A stretch of DNA of 64,000 nucleotides from Bacteroidales bacterium (GCA_022768325.1 JALEMI010000072.1:2318-66317); one strand, 5' to 3'. Positions 1 to 10,694 are shown, counted from the stretch's first letter. Numbers and translations: made by a program. Notes: generated from the sequence alone by a model not told the origin.

Positions 1-2
1 CT

Positions 3-554
<552 letters not shown>

Positions 555-604
555 CGCCATACCACCACATCGCCACCAGCCCTCCCCGGCGATGTCTTCC
601 CCTA

Positions 605-660
605 AAGACCGGGCACGTTGTTCTACATCATGCGGATAACGTGCCCGGTCTTCTTCTTAC
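605..660 (+). terminator. Rho-independent terminator after guaB
   Basis: A perfect 15-bp inverted repeat, AAGACCGGGCACGTT (605-619) / AACGTGCCCGGTCTT (638-652), is followed by T-rich sequence. Confidence 0.7.
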
Positions 661-1153
661 CCCTCTCGCCGGACGCGTTTGCCTCCTAAACTTCAAAATC
701 CCCTCTAATTGTCTGGATTAAATATAAATTACTATTTAAAGTGGGCATTTTGCGAAATACACTTAGCAAAAACAGCCAAACAATGCGAAATGATGTTTAT
801 ATTTGAGCCGTTGTAAGAAGATAAAGACTTCGTACCCACGTCGCCCTACCTCTTACGACTGTCGCACTTTTCTCCCGACGAGATTTTTCCCCCGTGCGAC
901 CCCCTCTCTCGACATAAGATCTTTTTTCATAGATGTGTTTGAATTGGTGCAGGGTAGCTGAAGACAACGGTCTCGAAAGGCTACCCTGTTTTTTTATTGC
1001 CCCCATTTCCCCTTACTCCTCGCTTTCGTTCATCTCCGCCAACTCGCACATCGTGTGCCATACCCCCTACTTTCGTTGAAATGATTGCCTCCATTTGCCG
1101 CTAATTTTGTTCCTTTGCAGTCTGAAACGAAATGTCTATTCCCGACACACAGA

Positions 1154-2566
1154 ATGACTATCAAGAAAACTAACCATCTCGGACAAAGCCACAAAAAGCA
1201 TTTCGCTAAGCTGGCCGCGGCTCTCACCTTGCTCATCGCAATTTTCGCCGCCTGCAGCGACGAAGATTTCACTCTCAGCGACAGCACCATCAAGAGCAGC
1301 AGCTACGCTGAGATGGTTTCTACAACCAAAATACAGCTCTCAACTTTCCGCCTCGACTCCGTCCTCACTTCGAGCCAAAACCGCATTTGGGTCGGCAAGG
1401 CGCAGAAACCCGCAATCGGCACCATCTGTTCCGAGTCTTTCCTCCGTCTCGACGAGCCTAAGCTCCCAGGCAGCTCGTCCAACTATTATAGCTGGCATGG
1501 CAGCCAAAAAGAGGTCTACGACTCCTGTACCATCGTCCTCTGCCACACGGGGCGGTTCGAGTGTGCGCAAGACCGCGATACCATCCAACCCTTCGAGATC
1601 CGCGTCGAGTGCCTCGCACAAAAGCTCGAGTTCGCCGACGAGAACGAGACCAATTTCTACAACGTCCGCTCTTTCCCCGCCGATTCGCTCCTCGGCTCGT
1701 TCACTTTCAATCCCCGCCCACATTCTCGCCCAAGGCTCCGTTTCCGTCTTAACGACACCTTCGGCCAGAGCCTTGTCGACTTCATCAAGGCGCAGGTGAA
1801 CCTCAGTTCTAAGGACATAACCCAAAACTTCGACCGTTTCCTCAAAGGCATCAAGATCTCTTCCTCCGACGATGCCATGGCTCTCCTCGGCTTCTATGCC
1901 GATTCCACAATGATTTGCCTCCACAGCCACCTGCGTGGCTTCGATGCCGTCAAGGTCGAGAGGCAGTTCCGTATGATGGGGTCCAATCTCCAGTTCAACC
2001 ACGTTTGGAATGAGGATGCCGACGAGCCTTTCTCCCCCGAGAAACTCGAGCACCGTTACATCCAGGTGACCGAGGATTCAGCCGACTTCCAGTCCGTCAT
2101 GTACGAAGGCCTCGGCTACTACACCCGCGTTAATTTCCCATCCATCGAGAGCCTGAAAAACATGAGCAAGTACCAGCACATCGTCAAAGCGGTGCTTAAG
2201 CTCTACCCTAAGGTCGGCTCCTACGATAAGAACCGAATCCCGACAACGTTCTATCTCCACGAGGTCAACAAAGGCAACGTCATCACGGGAAGCGTCATCA
2301 ACGCCCGAGGTGGCAATGTCTATTCCACTCTCGTCTACGACGCCTTCGACAGGTCCCAAATGTACTATTACGTCGATATAACGTACTACATCAACACCAT
2401 CCTCTCCAATGACCTCGTCGACGAGAATAACGGACTCGTACTTACTTGGGGCAGCAGCATGACCCCGACAAACTACAACTTTATGATTTTCAACGGGCAC
2501 GGTGTAGACCTGCATCGCTCGGTGCTCGAAGTAACTTTCTACAACTTCGACCGTGAAGAACGTTAG
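1154..2566 (+). CDS. Lipoprotein of unknown function (DUF4270-like, Bacteroidetes-specific)
   Basis: I start the long ORF at the internal ATG at 1154 (MTIKKTNH...). It has a lipoprotein signal ...LLIAIFAAC-SDEDF. The family name is from memory of DUF4270 architecture and is uncertain. Confidence 0.6.
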   Translation: MTIKKTNHLGQSHKKHFAKLAAALTLLIAIFAACSDEDFTLSDSTIKSSSYAEMVSTTKIQLSTFRLDSVLTSSQNRIWVGKAQKPAIGTICSESFLRLDEPKLPGSSSNYYSWHGSQKEVYDSCTIVLCHTGRFECAQDRDTIQPFEIRVECLAQKLEFADENETNFYNVRSFPADSLLGSFTFNPRPHSRPRLRFRLNDTFGQSLVDFIKAQVNLSSKDITQNFDRFLKGIKISSSDDAMALLGFYADSTMICLHSHLRGFDAVKVERQFRMMGSNLQFNHVWNEDADEPFSPEKLEHRYIQVTEDSADFQSVMYEGLGYYTRVNFPSIESLKNMSKYQHIVKAVLKLYPKVGSYDKNRIPTTFYLHEVNKGNVITGSVINARGGNVYSTLVYDAFDRSQMYYYVDITYYINTILSNDLVDENNGLVLTWGSSMTPTNYNFMIFNGHGVDLHRSVLEVTFYNFDREER

Positions 2567-3803
2567 ACGATTTCTCGCCATCACCTCCCTCGCCCTCGGC
2601 GCTTGCTTTCAAGCCGCCGCGCAACATAGCACTTCCTCACCTTACTCCATGTACGGTGTCGGCATCATCACGCCAAAGGAGGACGCTGCGGCAGCAGCTC
2701 TTGGTCACTCGGGCATCGCTCTCGCGCCTTCCGAGTGGGTCAATGTCTCCAACCCCGCCGGCATCGCCAATCTTGATAGCCTCTCTTTCTATTTCAATTT
2801 CCAATTCCGTGGCTTCTACGCCCGAGAGAAGAGTGGCTACGAGACGGCGTCAATATATTCCGCCAACATCGACGGCATCACGATGGGATTCCGTGGCCGC
2901 AAGTGGCTCGCCATGGCCTTCGGCTATGCTCCCTATTCCACCGTCGGCTATCGCATGAGCGAGAAGAAGACCATCATCGGCACCGATTCTCAATACCGCA
3001 ACGAGCATAGCGGCAGCGGAGGTCTTAGCCAAGCCTTCATCAACGCCGCTTTCACCCTCTTCAACCACTGGACTATCGGCGGCAATTTCGCTGTCCTCTG
3101 GGGCAATATCGAGCATCTCGAAAAAGCATGCTTCTCCGAGAGCATCGGCGGCGAGGACATCTACAATAAGCGCAACTACGCCCTCAATAACATCTTTTGG
3201 GAGGTCGGCACACAGTTCGATTTCAATATCGGCGAGAACAATTTCCGCTTCGGCGCCGTCTATTCTCCAAAGATTTGGCTTCACACCTCCTACGACCAGA
3301 CCATCTACAACAGCATCACTGAGCTCGAAAGCGACGACTCCACGCCCGACCGTTTCTACATCCCCCGCACCTACGGCGCCGGCTTCGCCTATCAACGCAA
3401 GAAGCTCCTCGGAACTGTCGAGTACAAGGTCAGCGAGTGGGGCGACATCGAGAACAACAAGTTCAAGGAGAAAGTCTCTTTCCGAGACACGTACACGGTC
3501 TCCGGCGGTCTCCAATACTCCCCGGGCAAGCCCACCGACCCCTTCTACAAAAGGATGCGTTACCGCGTCGGCGGTTTCTACGGCCGCGACTATATCGACC
3601 TCGAACCCGTCAACCTCATGCAGAGCGGCTTCTCGCTCGGTCTCACCGTCCCACTCGGACGCTCCCACAACGCCATTACCATCTCCTACGAACACCAACA
3701 ACGTGGCATCTCGACCAACGGCATGATTAAGGAGACGTTCAACAACTTCAAGGTCGCACTCAACATCAAGGAGACCTGGTTCATGCGCTCCAAGTTCGAC
3801 TAA
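2553..3803 (+). CDS. Outer-membrane beta-barrel protein (FadL/PorV-like, unknown substrate)
   Basis: It has a GTG start that overlaps the upstream stop by 14 nt. The signal peptide ends AAAQ and is followed by the SPYSMYGVG motif common at the N-terminus of Bacteroidetes OM barrels. The C-terminal residue is aromatic (..RSKFD). Confidence 0.6.
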   Translation: MKNVRRFLAITSLALGACFQAAAQHSTSSPYSMYGVGIITPKEDAAAAALGHSGIALAPSEWVNVSNPAGIANLDSLSFYFNFQFRGFYAREKSGYETASIYSANIDGITMGFRGRKWLAMAFGYAPYSTVGYRMSEKKTIIGTDSQYRNEHSGSGGLSQAFINAAFTLFNHWTIGGNFAVLWGNIEHLEKACFSESIGGEDIYNKRNYALNNIFWEVGTQFDFNIGENNFRFGAVYSPKIWLHTSYDQTIYNSITELESDDSTPDRFYIPRTYGAGFAYQRKKLLGTVEYKVSEWGDIENNKFKEKVSFRDTYTVSGGLQYSPGKPTDPFYKRMRYRVGGFYGRDYIDLEPVNLMQSGFSLGLTVPLGRSHNAITISYEHQQRGISTNGMIKETFNNFKVALNIKETWFMRSKFD

Positions 3804-3842
3804 CCCAAACCAATTAAGTACATCTGATAGAACATAACATAT

Positions 3843-5012
3843 ATGATTAGGCCTTTTGCTAAAACCCTGACTGCCATAGCCCTCGCCTCTATCGCCTTTC
3901 TCACGTTCGGATGCGAAGAAGAGGATAACGAGATTCATCAGGGAAACTGGAGGAACACATATAAATATTTCCTCGGTACGCCGAGAGGTGGAGCCGTCGC
4001 GTTCCAACTCGTCGTCGACGATACCCTAAGGGCCATTGTCGGAACGGGTGCCAATATGTCCAATGTCCAAGACTTGGACCGTTTCTCCGATTTCTATATG
4101 TTCACCTACACCGACAAGGGCCTCAAGGAGTCCGTCCGCTACGATAGGCTCACCGATGAGCAGAAGGCCTCCGTCCGCTGCACTCAAGCCGTTGCCTCTC
4201 TGCCCGCCGCTGCCAGGGCTCGCAATGGTGCTGTCGCTTTCGCCCTCAACAATAAGGGCTACGTCGGCCTCGGCTACGACGGCACTAACTGCCTCAACGA
4301 TTTCTGGTGCTTCGATCCCGAGACTAACTCTTGGTCGCAAGCCCCGTCCTATTTGGGCGACGCCGTCCGCTTCGCCTTCGCGTTTGTCATCGACGGCTAT
4401 GCCTACGTAGGTGGCGGCGAAGATGCCGACAACAACATCATCGGCGATTGCTACCGCTTCGACGGGCAAAAGTGGGAACCCGTCAAGAATTGCTTCGTCC
4501 CCCGTTCCCAAGCCTCAGCGTTCGTCTGCAACGGCAAGGGCTACCTCTACGGCGGCACCAATGGCGGCAAGATCTCAACCCTCGAACGCTACGACCCTGC
4601 CACCCAAGACTGGGTCCAAATGGCGCAACTCCGCGATGCGACAGAGGAGACTTTCGACGACCAATATACCCAACTCGCCGGCTACGGTGCCACGGCTTTC
4701 GTCCTGAACAACAACACCAACGAGACCCGAGCCTACATCACGACAGGCGGCCCCAACGGCAGCGGTCAGCTCACCTGGGAATACAACCCATTCACCGACA
4801 GGTGGATTCAAAAGGCCTCTTTCGAAGGCGGCCCGCGCAAGTTCGCCGTCTCCTTCGTCCTCGATGCCAATGTCGACGGCAATACCTGGCAACAAACGGG
4901 CTTCGTCACAACGGGCGGAACGAGCGACCTCACCGTCTCAGGCTCCAACGGCAAGTTCTACGCCGATACGTGGGCTTTCCTCCCCACAGAGCAGTGGAAC
5001 GAGAGGGACTAA
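3843..5012 (+). CDS. Kelch-repeat (beta-propeller) lipoprotein, paralog 1
   Basis: It has the lipobox LTFGC-EEED. Recurring GxxGYVGLGYDG / YVGGG / GYLYGG blades are typical of Kelch/galactose-oxidase propellers. Confidence 0.75.
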   Translation: MIRPFAKTLTAIALASIAFLTFGCEEEDNEIHQGNWRNTYKYFLGTPRGGAVAFQLVVDDTLRAIVGTGANMSNVQDLDRFSDFYMFTYTDKGLKESVRYDRLTDEQKASVRCTQAVASLPAAARARNGAVAFALNNKGYVGLGYDGTNCLNDFWCFDPETNSWSQAPSYLGDAVRFAFAFVIDGYAYVGGGEDADNNIIGDCYRFDGQKWEPVKNCFVPRSQASAFVCNGKGYLYGGTNGGKISTLERYDPATQDWVQMAQLRDATEETFDDQYTQLAGYGATAFVLNNNTNETRAYITTGGPNGSGQLTWEYNPFTDRWIQKASFEGGPRKFAVSFVLDANVDGNTWQQTGFVTTGGTSDLTVSGSNGKFYADTWAFLPTEQWNERD

Positions 5013-5125
5013 CGTCAATAATTGAACTCCCCGCGACGCTCGCCCCCGCCTAAGGACACTTTCGTTGATTACTTCTCAACGCGATTAAGAATCTAATTAT
5101 CTTTGCAATAAATCTAAATGACGAT

Positions 5126-6349
5126 ATGACAACTCGATTCGCCAACATGCTCAAAGCCCTGGCCATCGTGATTCTCGCTGTTACAATCTCTGCCTGCGAG
5201 GACGAAACGGAGCGCAAGACGTATGGCAACTGGTTTCAAACTTACAGCTATTTCCCCGGTGTCCCGCGTGGCGGCGCCGTGTGCTTCCAACTGACTGTCG
5301 GCGATACTCTTTGCGCTTTCATCGGAACGGGTGCCAATACCAACAAGACCGAGGAGCAAGAGCGTTTCCGCGATTTCTACATGGTCTGCCTCAACTCCGA
5401 AGGCCGCCCCAGCTGGACAGCGCGTTACGAGAAGCTCTATTCTGAGACCGATTCCGCCAAGGCCGAGACAACTCAGAAATACTATAAGGAGAACGTCCCC
5501 TACAACATCGCCGTCGCCTCAATGCCTCGCGAAGCCGCCGCTCGTAATGGTGCCGTGGGCTTCTCCATCAATGGCAAAGGCTACGTCGGCCTCGGCTACG
5601 ATGGCGAGAACTACCTCAACGACTTCTGGTGCTACGACCCCAAGACCAACTCGTGGGAACAGGCTCCTACCTACCCGGGCGATGCCGTCCGCTACGCCGT
5701 CTCGTTCGTAATTGACGATGTCGCTTACGTCGGCTGTGGCGAGGACTACGATAACAACATCCTCGGCGATTTCTACAAGTTCGATGGCAAGACGTGGACT
5801 GCTGTCCAGAGCATCGGCGTTCCCCGTACCCGTGCCACTTCCTTCGTCTGCCATGTCGACGGCAAGGCCTACGGCTACGTCTTCGGCGGCAGCAATGGCG
5901 GTCCCACCGAGTCTTTCCAACGCTACGATCCCGAGACCAATACTTGGCAATCGCTCCGCAACTGCAAAGACCAGTCTTTCGACACCTTCGATGATGCCTA
6001 CCGCGACCTCGCCCGCTACGGTGCTACGGCTTTCGTCGTCGACGATGGCACCGACGATTGCCGAGCCTACGTCACCATGGGTACAACCCTTGCAGGAGCC
6101 TCCGCCACAACGTGGCAATACAACCCCAAATACGACTACTGGATGCCACGCGGCAACTTTGAGGGCTCGTTCCGTATATTCAGCGTCGCTTTCACGCTCC
6201 ATGGCGACCTCGACGGCCGCGGCGCACGCGATGTCTCCTACATCACTACGGGCGCAAGCAACGACATGACGGTCACTGGCTCCGGCGGTACGTTCTACAA
6301 CGAGACTTGGGCCTACGAACCGCAAGCTTTCAGAGAGACGAGAGACTAA
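5126..6349 (+). CDS. Kelch-repeat (beta-propeller) lipoprotein, paralog 2
   Basis: It has the lipobox TISAC-EDE. It aligns over its full length with the 3843..5012 product (NW..TY.YF.G.PRGGAV.FQL...GTGAN ... FY..TWA). Confidence 0.75.
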   Translation: MTTRFANMLKALAIVILAVTISACEDETERKTYGNWFQTYSYFPGVPRGGAVCFQLTVGDTLCAFIGTGANTNKTEEQERFRDFYMVCLNSEGRPSWTARYEKLYSETDSAKAETTQKYYKENVPYNIAVASMPREAAARNGAVGFSINGKGYVGLGYDGENYLNDFWCYDPKTNSWEQAPTYPGDAVRYAVSFVIDDVAYVGCGEDYDNNILGDFYKFDGKTWTAVQSIGVPRTRATSFVCHVDGKAYGYVFGGSNGGPTESFQRYDPETNTWQSLRNCKDQSFDTFDDAYRDLARYGATAFVVDDGTDDCRAYVTMGTTLAGASATTWQYNPKYDYWMPRGNFEGSFRIFSVAFTLHGDLDGRGARDVSYITTGASNDMTVTGSGGTFYNETWAYEPQAFRETRD

Positions 6350-6390
6350 TATTGCGGCAAGACCCGCAGGCCTCTCTCTGCCACACACAT

Positions 6391-6446
6391 AACGAGAAAA
6401 CCCCTCCAACCCTTCCCAACGGTAGACGAGGGGTTTTCTCGTTCTT
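6391..6446 (+). terminator. Rho-independent terminator after the Kelch pair
   Basis: A 16-bp inverted repeat, AACGAGAAAACCCCTC (6391-6406) / GAGGGGTTTTCTCGTT (6428-6443), is followed by CTT. Confidence 0.7.
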
Positions 6447-6474
6447 AACAATTTAGGAACAATATACCACAAAG

Positions 6475-7500
6475 ATGGATTGTGACAGCAATAACCAACG
6501 TCGCCAGCGCATCGTCGAGGTCGCTATTGTCTTAGGTTTCGCCATTATTTTCGCCGCCCCTTTGCTCATCAAGGGTGGGGTGGAGTTTGTCCCTTATCTC
6601 GCCAAGATGCTCATTGTCAGCGCGACGGCTTTCTTTGTCAATGTCCATATCCTAGCGCCGCGCCACCTCTTCCGGGGCCTATACCTCCGCTACATCGCCG
6701 GGGCGCTCGTCCTCATGGCGGTCATGCTCCTCGTCATGCGAATCCTCGACCCCTGGAAGGAGTACCTCAACATCCCCGCCAATCCCGGCGGCCTCAACAT
6801 ACCGTTCCGATGGTTGCTCCCGCTCGTCGGGATGCTTTTCGTCAGCACAATCTACTCCTTTTTCCTCCGCGAGAAGAGCGTCAAAAACAGGGAGATTGAC
6901 CTTAAGCATCAGAACATCGAGTTCGAGATGAAGTTCCTAAAGACGCAAATCAACCCACATTTCCTCTTCAACGCCCTCAACAACATCTACGCCCTTTCCA
7001 TCATCAAGAGCGAGCAAACGCCCGAGATGATTCTCAAACTCTCTGATATGCTCCGCTTTACGCTCTACGACAGCGAGAACAAGAAGGTGAAGCTAAAGCG
7101 CGAGATTGAGTACATCAACAACTTTATCGAGTTCCAAAAGCTCAAAACCGATTCCGACCTCAATATCCGTGTCGACACGTCGGGATGCAACGATGAGTTC
7201 ATGATTGAGCCAATGCTGCTCATCCCCTTCATCGAGAACAGCTTCAAGCACGGAAACATCGACAATCCCAAGAAAGGCTGGTTGCAAGTCTCCGTCAAGA
7301 CGCTCGGCCCCATTCTCGTCTTCCAGGTCCGCAACTCCCTCCCCCCCATCGCCATCAATAAGGATGTCGTCGGCGGAATCGGTGTCGAGAATGTCCGCAA
7401 AAGGCTCAACATTCTCTACCCCGCGCGTTACGAGATGAAAATCGATAAGACGGAGACCGAGTTCGGTGTCTTCCTCAAAATAGACACTTTCGTAGCATAA
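6475..7500 (+). CDS. Sensor histidine kinase, LytS/YehU-type
   Basis: The N-terminus contains several TM helices. It then shows the NPHFLFNALNNIY H-box of the His_kinase family and a GIGVENVRKRL ATP-lid motif. Confidence 0.85.
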   Translation: MDCDSNNQRRQRIVEVAIVLGFAIIFAAPLLIKGGVEFVPYLAKMLIVSATAFFVNVHILAPRHLFRGLYLRYIAGALVLMAVMLLVMRILDPWKEYLNIPANPGGLNIPFRWLLPLVGMLFVSTIYSFFLREKSVKNREIDLKHQNIEFEMKFLKTQINPHFLFNALNNIYALSIIKSEQTPEMILKLSDMLRFTLYDSENKKVKLKREIEYINNFIEFQKLKTDSDLNIRVDTSGCNDEFMIEPMLLIPFIENSFKHGNIDNPKKGWLQVSVKTLGPILVFQVRNSLPPIAINKDVVGGIGVENVRKRLNILYPARYEMKIDKTETEFGVFLKIDTFVA

Positions 7501-7535
7501 GACCCTTTTTTACTACTTTTGCAACAACGTGACAC

Positions 7536-8312
7536 ATGGACAGCCTCAATAAAATAAGATGCCTCATCGTCGACGACGAGTTCCCCGCACGAATCCTGCT
7601 CAAGGAGTTCATCGAGAAAGTCCCAAACCTTCAACTCGTTGCTAATTGCAAGTCGGGTCTCGAAGCCCTTCCGCTTGTACAGCAGGGTGGGGTGGACCTC
7701 ATCTTTCTCGATATTCAGATGCCCGACATCACGGGGCTCAATTTCCTTAAGATGCTCACGTCGAAGCCGCTCGTCGTCTTCACCACGGCTTATTCCGACT
7801 ATGCCATCGAGAGCTACCAGCTCGACGTCCTCGACTATCTCCTGAAGCCCTTCTCTTTCGACAGGTTCATGCAGTGCGTCGGCAAGGCCATGCAGCGAAT
7901 CGCCGAGAGCCGTGCCCATTCCGCCACATTGACAACGCCTCCTCCCGCAGCCCCGGCTGAGCCACGTGAAGCCGACCCCAACGACGGCATCCTAATCGTC
8001 AAGGCCGACCACAAGATTTTGCGAATCCGCATCGATTCCATCATCTACATCGAGGGCCTCCGCGAATACGTGGCCATCTACACCCAAGGCTCCGACAAAA
8101 TCGAGAAGGTCATCACGCTCGAGTCCCTCAGAAATCTCGAGGAGACGCTCCCCGCGTCGCTCTTCATGCGAATCCATAAGTCATATATTGTCCGTATCGA
8201 CCGCATCAAGGCCCTCTACGGTGCGCAACTCAAATTAGACGGTGTCGAGGCCTACGTCCCAATAGGCAAGTCCTACAAAGACACTGTTCAGCAAAAACTC
8301 TTCAATATCTAA
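7536..8312 (+). CDS. LytTR-family response regulator
   Basis: The receiver domain shows LIVDDE...DLIFLDIQMPD. A C-terminal LytTR-like segment follows (ILRIRIDSIIYIEGLREYVAIYT). It lies directly downstream of the kinase. Confidence 0.85.
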   Translation: MDSLNKIRCLIVDDEFPARILLKEFIEKVPNLQLVANCKSGLEALPLVQQGGVDLIFLDIQMPDITGLNFLKMLTSKPLVVFTTAYSDYAIESYQLDVLDYLLKPFSFDRFMQCVGKAMQRIAESRAHSATLTTPPPAAPAEPREADPNDGILIVKADHKILRIRIDSIIYIEGLREYVAIYTQGSDKIEKVITLESLRNLEETLPASLFMRIHKSYIVRIDRIKALYGAQLKLDGVEAYVPIGKSYKDTVQQKLFNI

Positions 8313-8316
8313 CCCC

Positions 8317-9675
8317 TTGGCACACAAAAGACTATCTCTCATACTCGCGGCAGTTCTCCCCCTCTTTTCTCTCCATTCGCTGGCGCAAGACGATTTCGAA
8401 GCCGTAGCCGATACGGCCGCTTTAGACGTCGATTCCGTCTCGTTCAACAACGATCTCCCGCGTTACGAGGTCGATAGCCTCATTTCCGCTTGGTATTCGC
8501 GCCCGCGCCTCGTCACCAACGACTTTGTCCCCGATTCTGTGGCTGTGGCCGATAGCCTCATCGCGGGAATACCCGATTCCGTTTTCGTCAATCGCTTGCA
8601 AGCCATGATGTCGCCAATTCCCCTCGTCTTCAACGAGCAGGTGCGTCGCTTCATCGAGCTTTACGTCGTCCGTCGCCGATACCTGGTCCAGAGGATGCTC
8701 TCCCTCTCCCAATACTATTTCCCCATGTTCGAGCAAATCCTCGACGCCAACGGTATGCCCCTCGAACTCAAGTATATGGCCATTATCGAGAGCGCCCTCA
8801 ATCCCAACGCCCTCAGCCGCGTAGGTGCCTCTGGTCTTTGGCAGTTCATGTACTATACAGGCAAACGCTACGGGCTTGATGTCACGAGCTATGTCGACGA
8901 GCGTCGCAATCCCGTCAAGGCCACAGCGGCCGCAGCCGTCTTCCTCCGCGAACTCTATAATATGTACGGCGATTGGCATCTTGCCATTGCCGCTTACAAC
9001 TGCGGCCCGGGCAATGTCAACCGCGCCATTGCGCGTTCTGGCGGACACAAGGATTTCTGGAAGATTTACTACAATCTCCCCCGCGAGACGCGTGGCTATG
9101 TCCCCGCTTTCATAGCCGCCGCCTACGCCATGACCTACGCCCGCGAACACAAGATTTTCCCCAACGAGGAGGAGGCAATTCTCCCAACCGATACGGTCAT
9201 GGTCTATCAGCCCCTCCATTTCAACCAGGTTACGTCCGTCCTCGGCATCCCGACAGACCTCATCCGCCAGCTCAACCCGCAGTATAAGCACGACGTGATT
9301 CCCGCCCTCGAGGGCAAGACCTACACTCTCACCCTCCCCGTCGAGGCCACGTTCCAATTCGCCGCCCGCGAAGACTCTATCTACGCCCGCGACCGAATGA
9401 AGTACTTCCCCGATAACAAGATCGTCAAGATTACCGATGCCCACGGAGCCGTCTACGCAGGACGTACGCCCGACGGCAAGGCCAAGCTAATCTACACCGT
9501 CCGCAACGGCGATGTCCCAGGCTCCATTGCCAAACGCTTCGGCGTGCGTGTCAACGACCTCATCTATTGGAACAACATCCGCCGCAGCATGATACGCGTC
9601 GGGCAGAAGCTCGTCATCTACGTGCCAAAACATAAGGCCGACCGTTATGCGGGCGTGGCCAAGGTCGCCAAGTGA
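8317..9675 (+). CDS. Lytic murein transglycosylase with C-terminal LysM domain (MltD-like)
   Basis: It has a TTG start and a signal peptide. The SLT motif is IESALNPNALSRVGASGLWQFM, and the LysM domain is YTVRNGDVPGSIAKRFGVRVNDLIYWNNI. Confidence 0.8.
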   Translation: MAHKRLSLILAAVLPLFSLHSLAQDDFEAVADTAALDVDSVSFNNDLPRYEVDSLISAWYSRPRLVTNDFVPDSVAVADSLIAGIPDSVFVNRLQAMMSPIPLVFNEQVRRFIELYVVRRRYLVQRMLSLSQYYFPMFEQILDANGMPLELKYMAIIESALNPNALSRVGASGLWQFMYYTGKRYGLDVTSYVDERRNPVKATAAAAVFLRELYNMYGDWHLAIAAYNCGPGNVNRAIARSGGHKDFWKIYYNLPRETRGYVPAFIAAAYAMTYAREHKIFPNEEEAILPTDTVMVYQPLHFNQVTSVLGIPTDLIRQLNPQYKHDVIPALEGKTYTLTLPVEATFQFAAREDSIYARDRMKYFPDNKIVKITDAHGAVYAGRTPDGKAKLIYTVRNGDVPGSIAKRFGVRVNDLIYWNNIRRSMIRVGQKLVIYVPKHKADRYAGVAKVAK

Positions 9676-9692
9676 TAAACAGTCTCCCCCCC

Positions 9693-10679
9693 ATGAGCAG
9701 ATTCCTAAAGTTCTACATACTTGTCGCACTCGTTTCGCTCTTCGTCTCGCCCGCCGTCGCGCAGATTGAGGGAGGAGACCTCTTTGGGGGCACCATCCGG
9801 TACAACCCCCGAAAGGGCGACTACCACGGCGACGCAAAGAAGCGTCAGGTCGAGAAGCTGAAGCATGCCATGCGCGACGACATCCTATGGCACGCCGAGG
9901 CCGCCAATGTCGTCTACCGCCATGCGGGCAATGTCTCGCTACTCTCCGCTTCGCGGTGGGGGCTTTCCGAGAAGATCGAACTCTCTACGTACCTCGCCCT
10001 CGACGTCATCCGCCCTACCGTCTACGTCAAGGTGCTCTGGAAGGTCTTCGACAAGCGGTGGTTCCTCGCGTCGCGTTTCAACGTGGCCAATGCCTATACG
10101 GGTATGTCGCTCGCGCAGACGCTCGGTGTATCGCGCGTAATATCCGATACCGCCCAGATCCCGACGGCCTTTGAAGTCGGTCACGAGATGCTTCTCTCCC
10201 GCGCCTGGTTCTCAGACCAGAACTGTTCCGACGGCTCGGTCTACCTCGTTCTCACTGCCGGCCTTGGCATCTATGGCGGTTTCAATGTCTCGTCCGTCCC
10301 CGACCTCGACCAGGTCCGTTTCCATTTCCTCGCCAATCGCGGCGAGACGGTGACGGGTACAGGCTGGCGGGGTAGGCTCAAATTCTGGGCCGACGGGCGA
10401 ATTAATGCCCGAATTTTCCTCCACGGCGGCCTCGCCTACCATTTCGGCTCTTTCTCACACCATCACACCATCGAGCTTCAGGGGGAGGGTGAGTATTTCT
10501 TCAACAGCAAGTTCAGCGCAAAGCTGGGCTTCCTAACCAGCTTCGGAAGCTACACCCGTGTTGATAAGAACGCCGCAATATGGCCAATTATCGACTTGAC
10601 CTATTATTTCGGTAAAAAGGACATGAGCCGGCGCTCCTCTCTCTTCGAGAGGGGCATCTACAAAGGTTCCAACCTCTAA
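9693..10679 (+). CDS. Exported hypothetical protein (possible OM beta-barrel)
   Basis: I start the ORF at the ATG at 9693 (MSRFLKFYILVALVSLFVSPAVAQ, a signal peptide). I recognise no domain. Confidence 0.55.
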   Translation: MSRFLKFYILVALVSLFVSPAVAQIEGGDLFGGTIRYNPRKGDYHGDAKKRQVEKLKHAMRDDILWHAEAANVVYRHAGNVSLLSASRWGLSEKIELSTYLALDVIRPTVYVKVLWKVFDKRWFLASRFNVANAYTGMSLAQTLGVSRVISDTAQIPTAFEVGHEMLLSRAWFSDQNCSDGSVYLVLTAGLGIYGGFNVSSVPDLDQVRFHFLANRGETVTGTGWRGRLKFWADGRINARIFLHGGLAYHFGSFSHHHTIELQGEGEYFFNSKFSAKLGFLTSFGSYTRVDKNAAIWPIIDLTYYFGKKDMSRRSSLFERGIYKGSNL

Positions 10680-10694
10680 ACATCTCTCCCCGAT

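Noticed and set aside
2850-4007. Long antisense ORFs inside recognised genes: 1340..2053, 2850..4007, 5519..6472, 8422..9444, 13120..14052, 18129..19145, 19750..21033, 24216..25070, 33277..34422, 38389..39150, 43680..44501, 50757..51545, 52474..53406 and 58538..59731
   Set aside because: Each lies opposite a gene with clear family motifs. Their products have the G/A/V/D/E/R-rich, low-information composition typical of shadow ORFs in GC-rich DNA.
3843-6349. Calling the Kelch lipoproteins NanM-type sialic acid mutarotases
   Set aside because: Only the generic Kelch propeller pattern is visible. There are no neighbouring sialic-acid utilisation genes, so a specific enzymatic call is not justified.
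9686-9692. C7 homopolymer immediately upstream of the ATG at 9693, as a possible slipped-strand phase-variation tract
   Set aside because: The tract is short and lies outside the coding frame. There is no evidence of variability from a single sequence.
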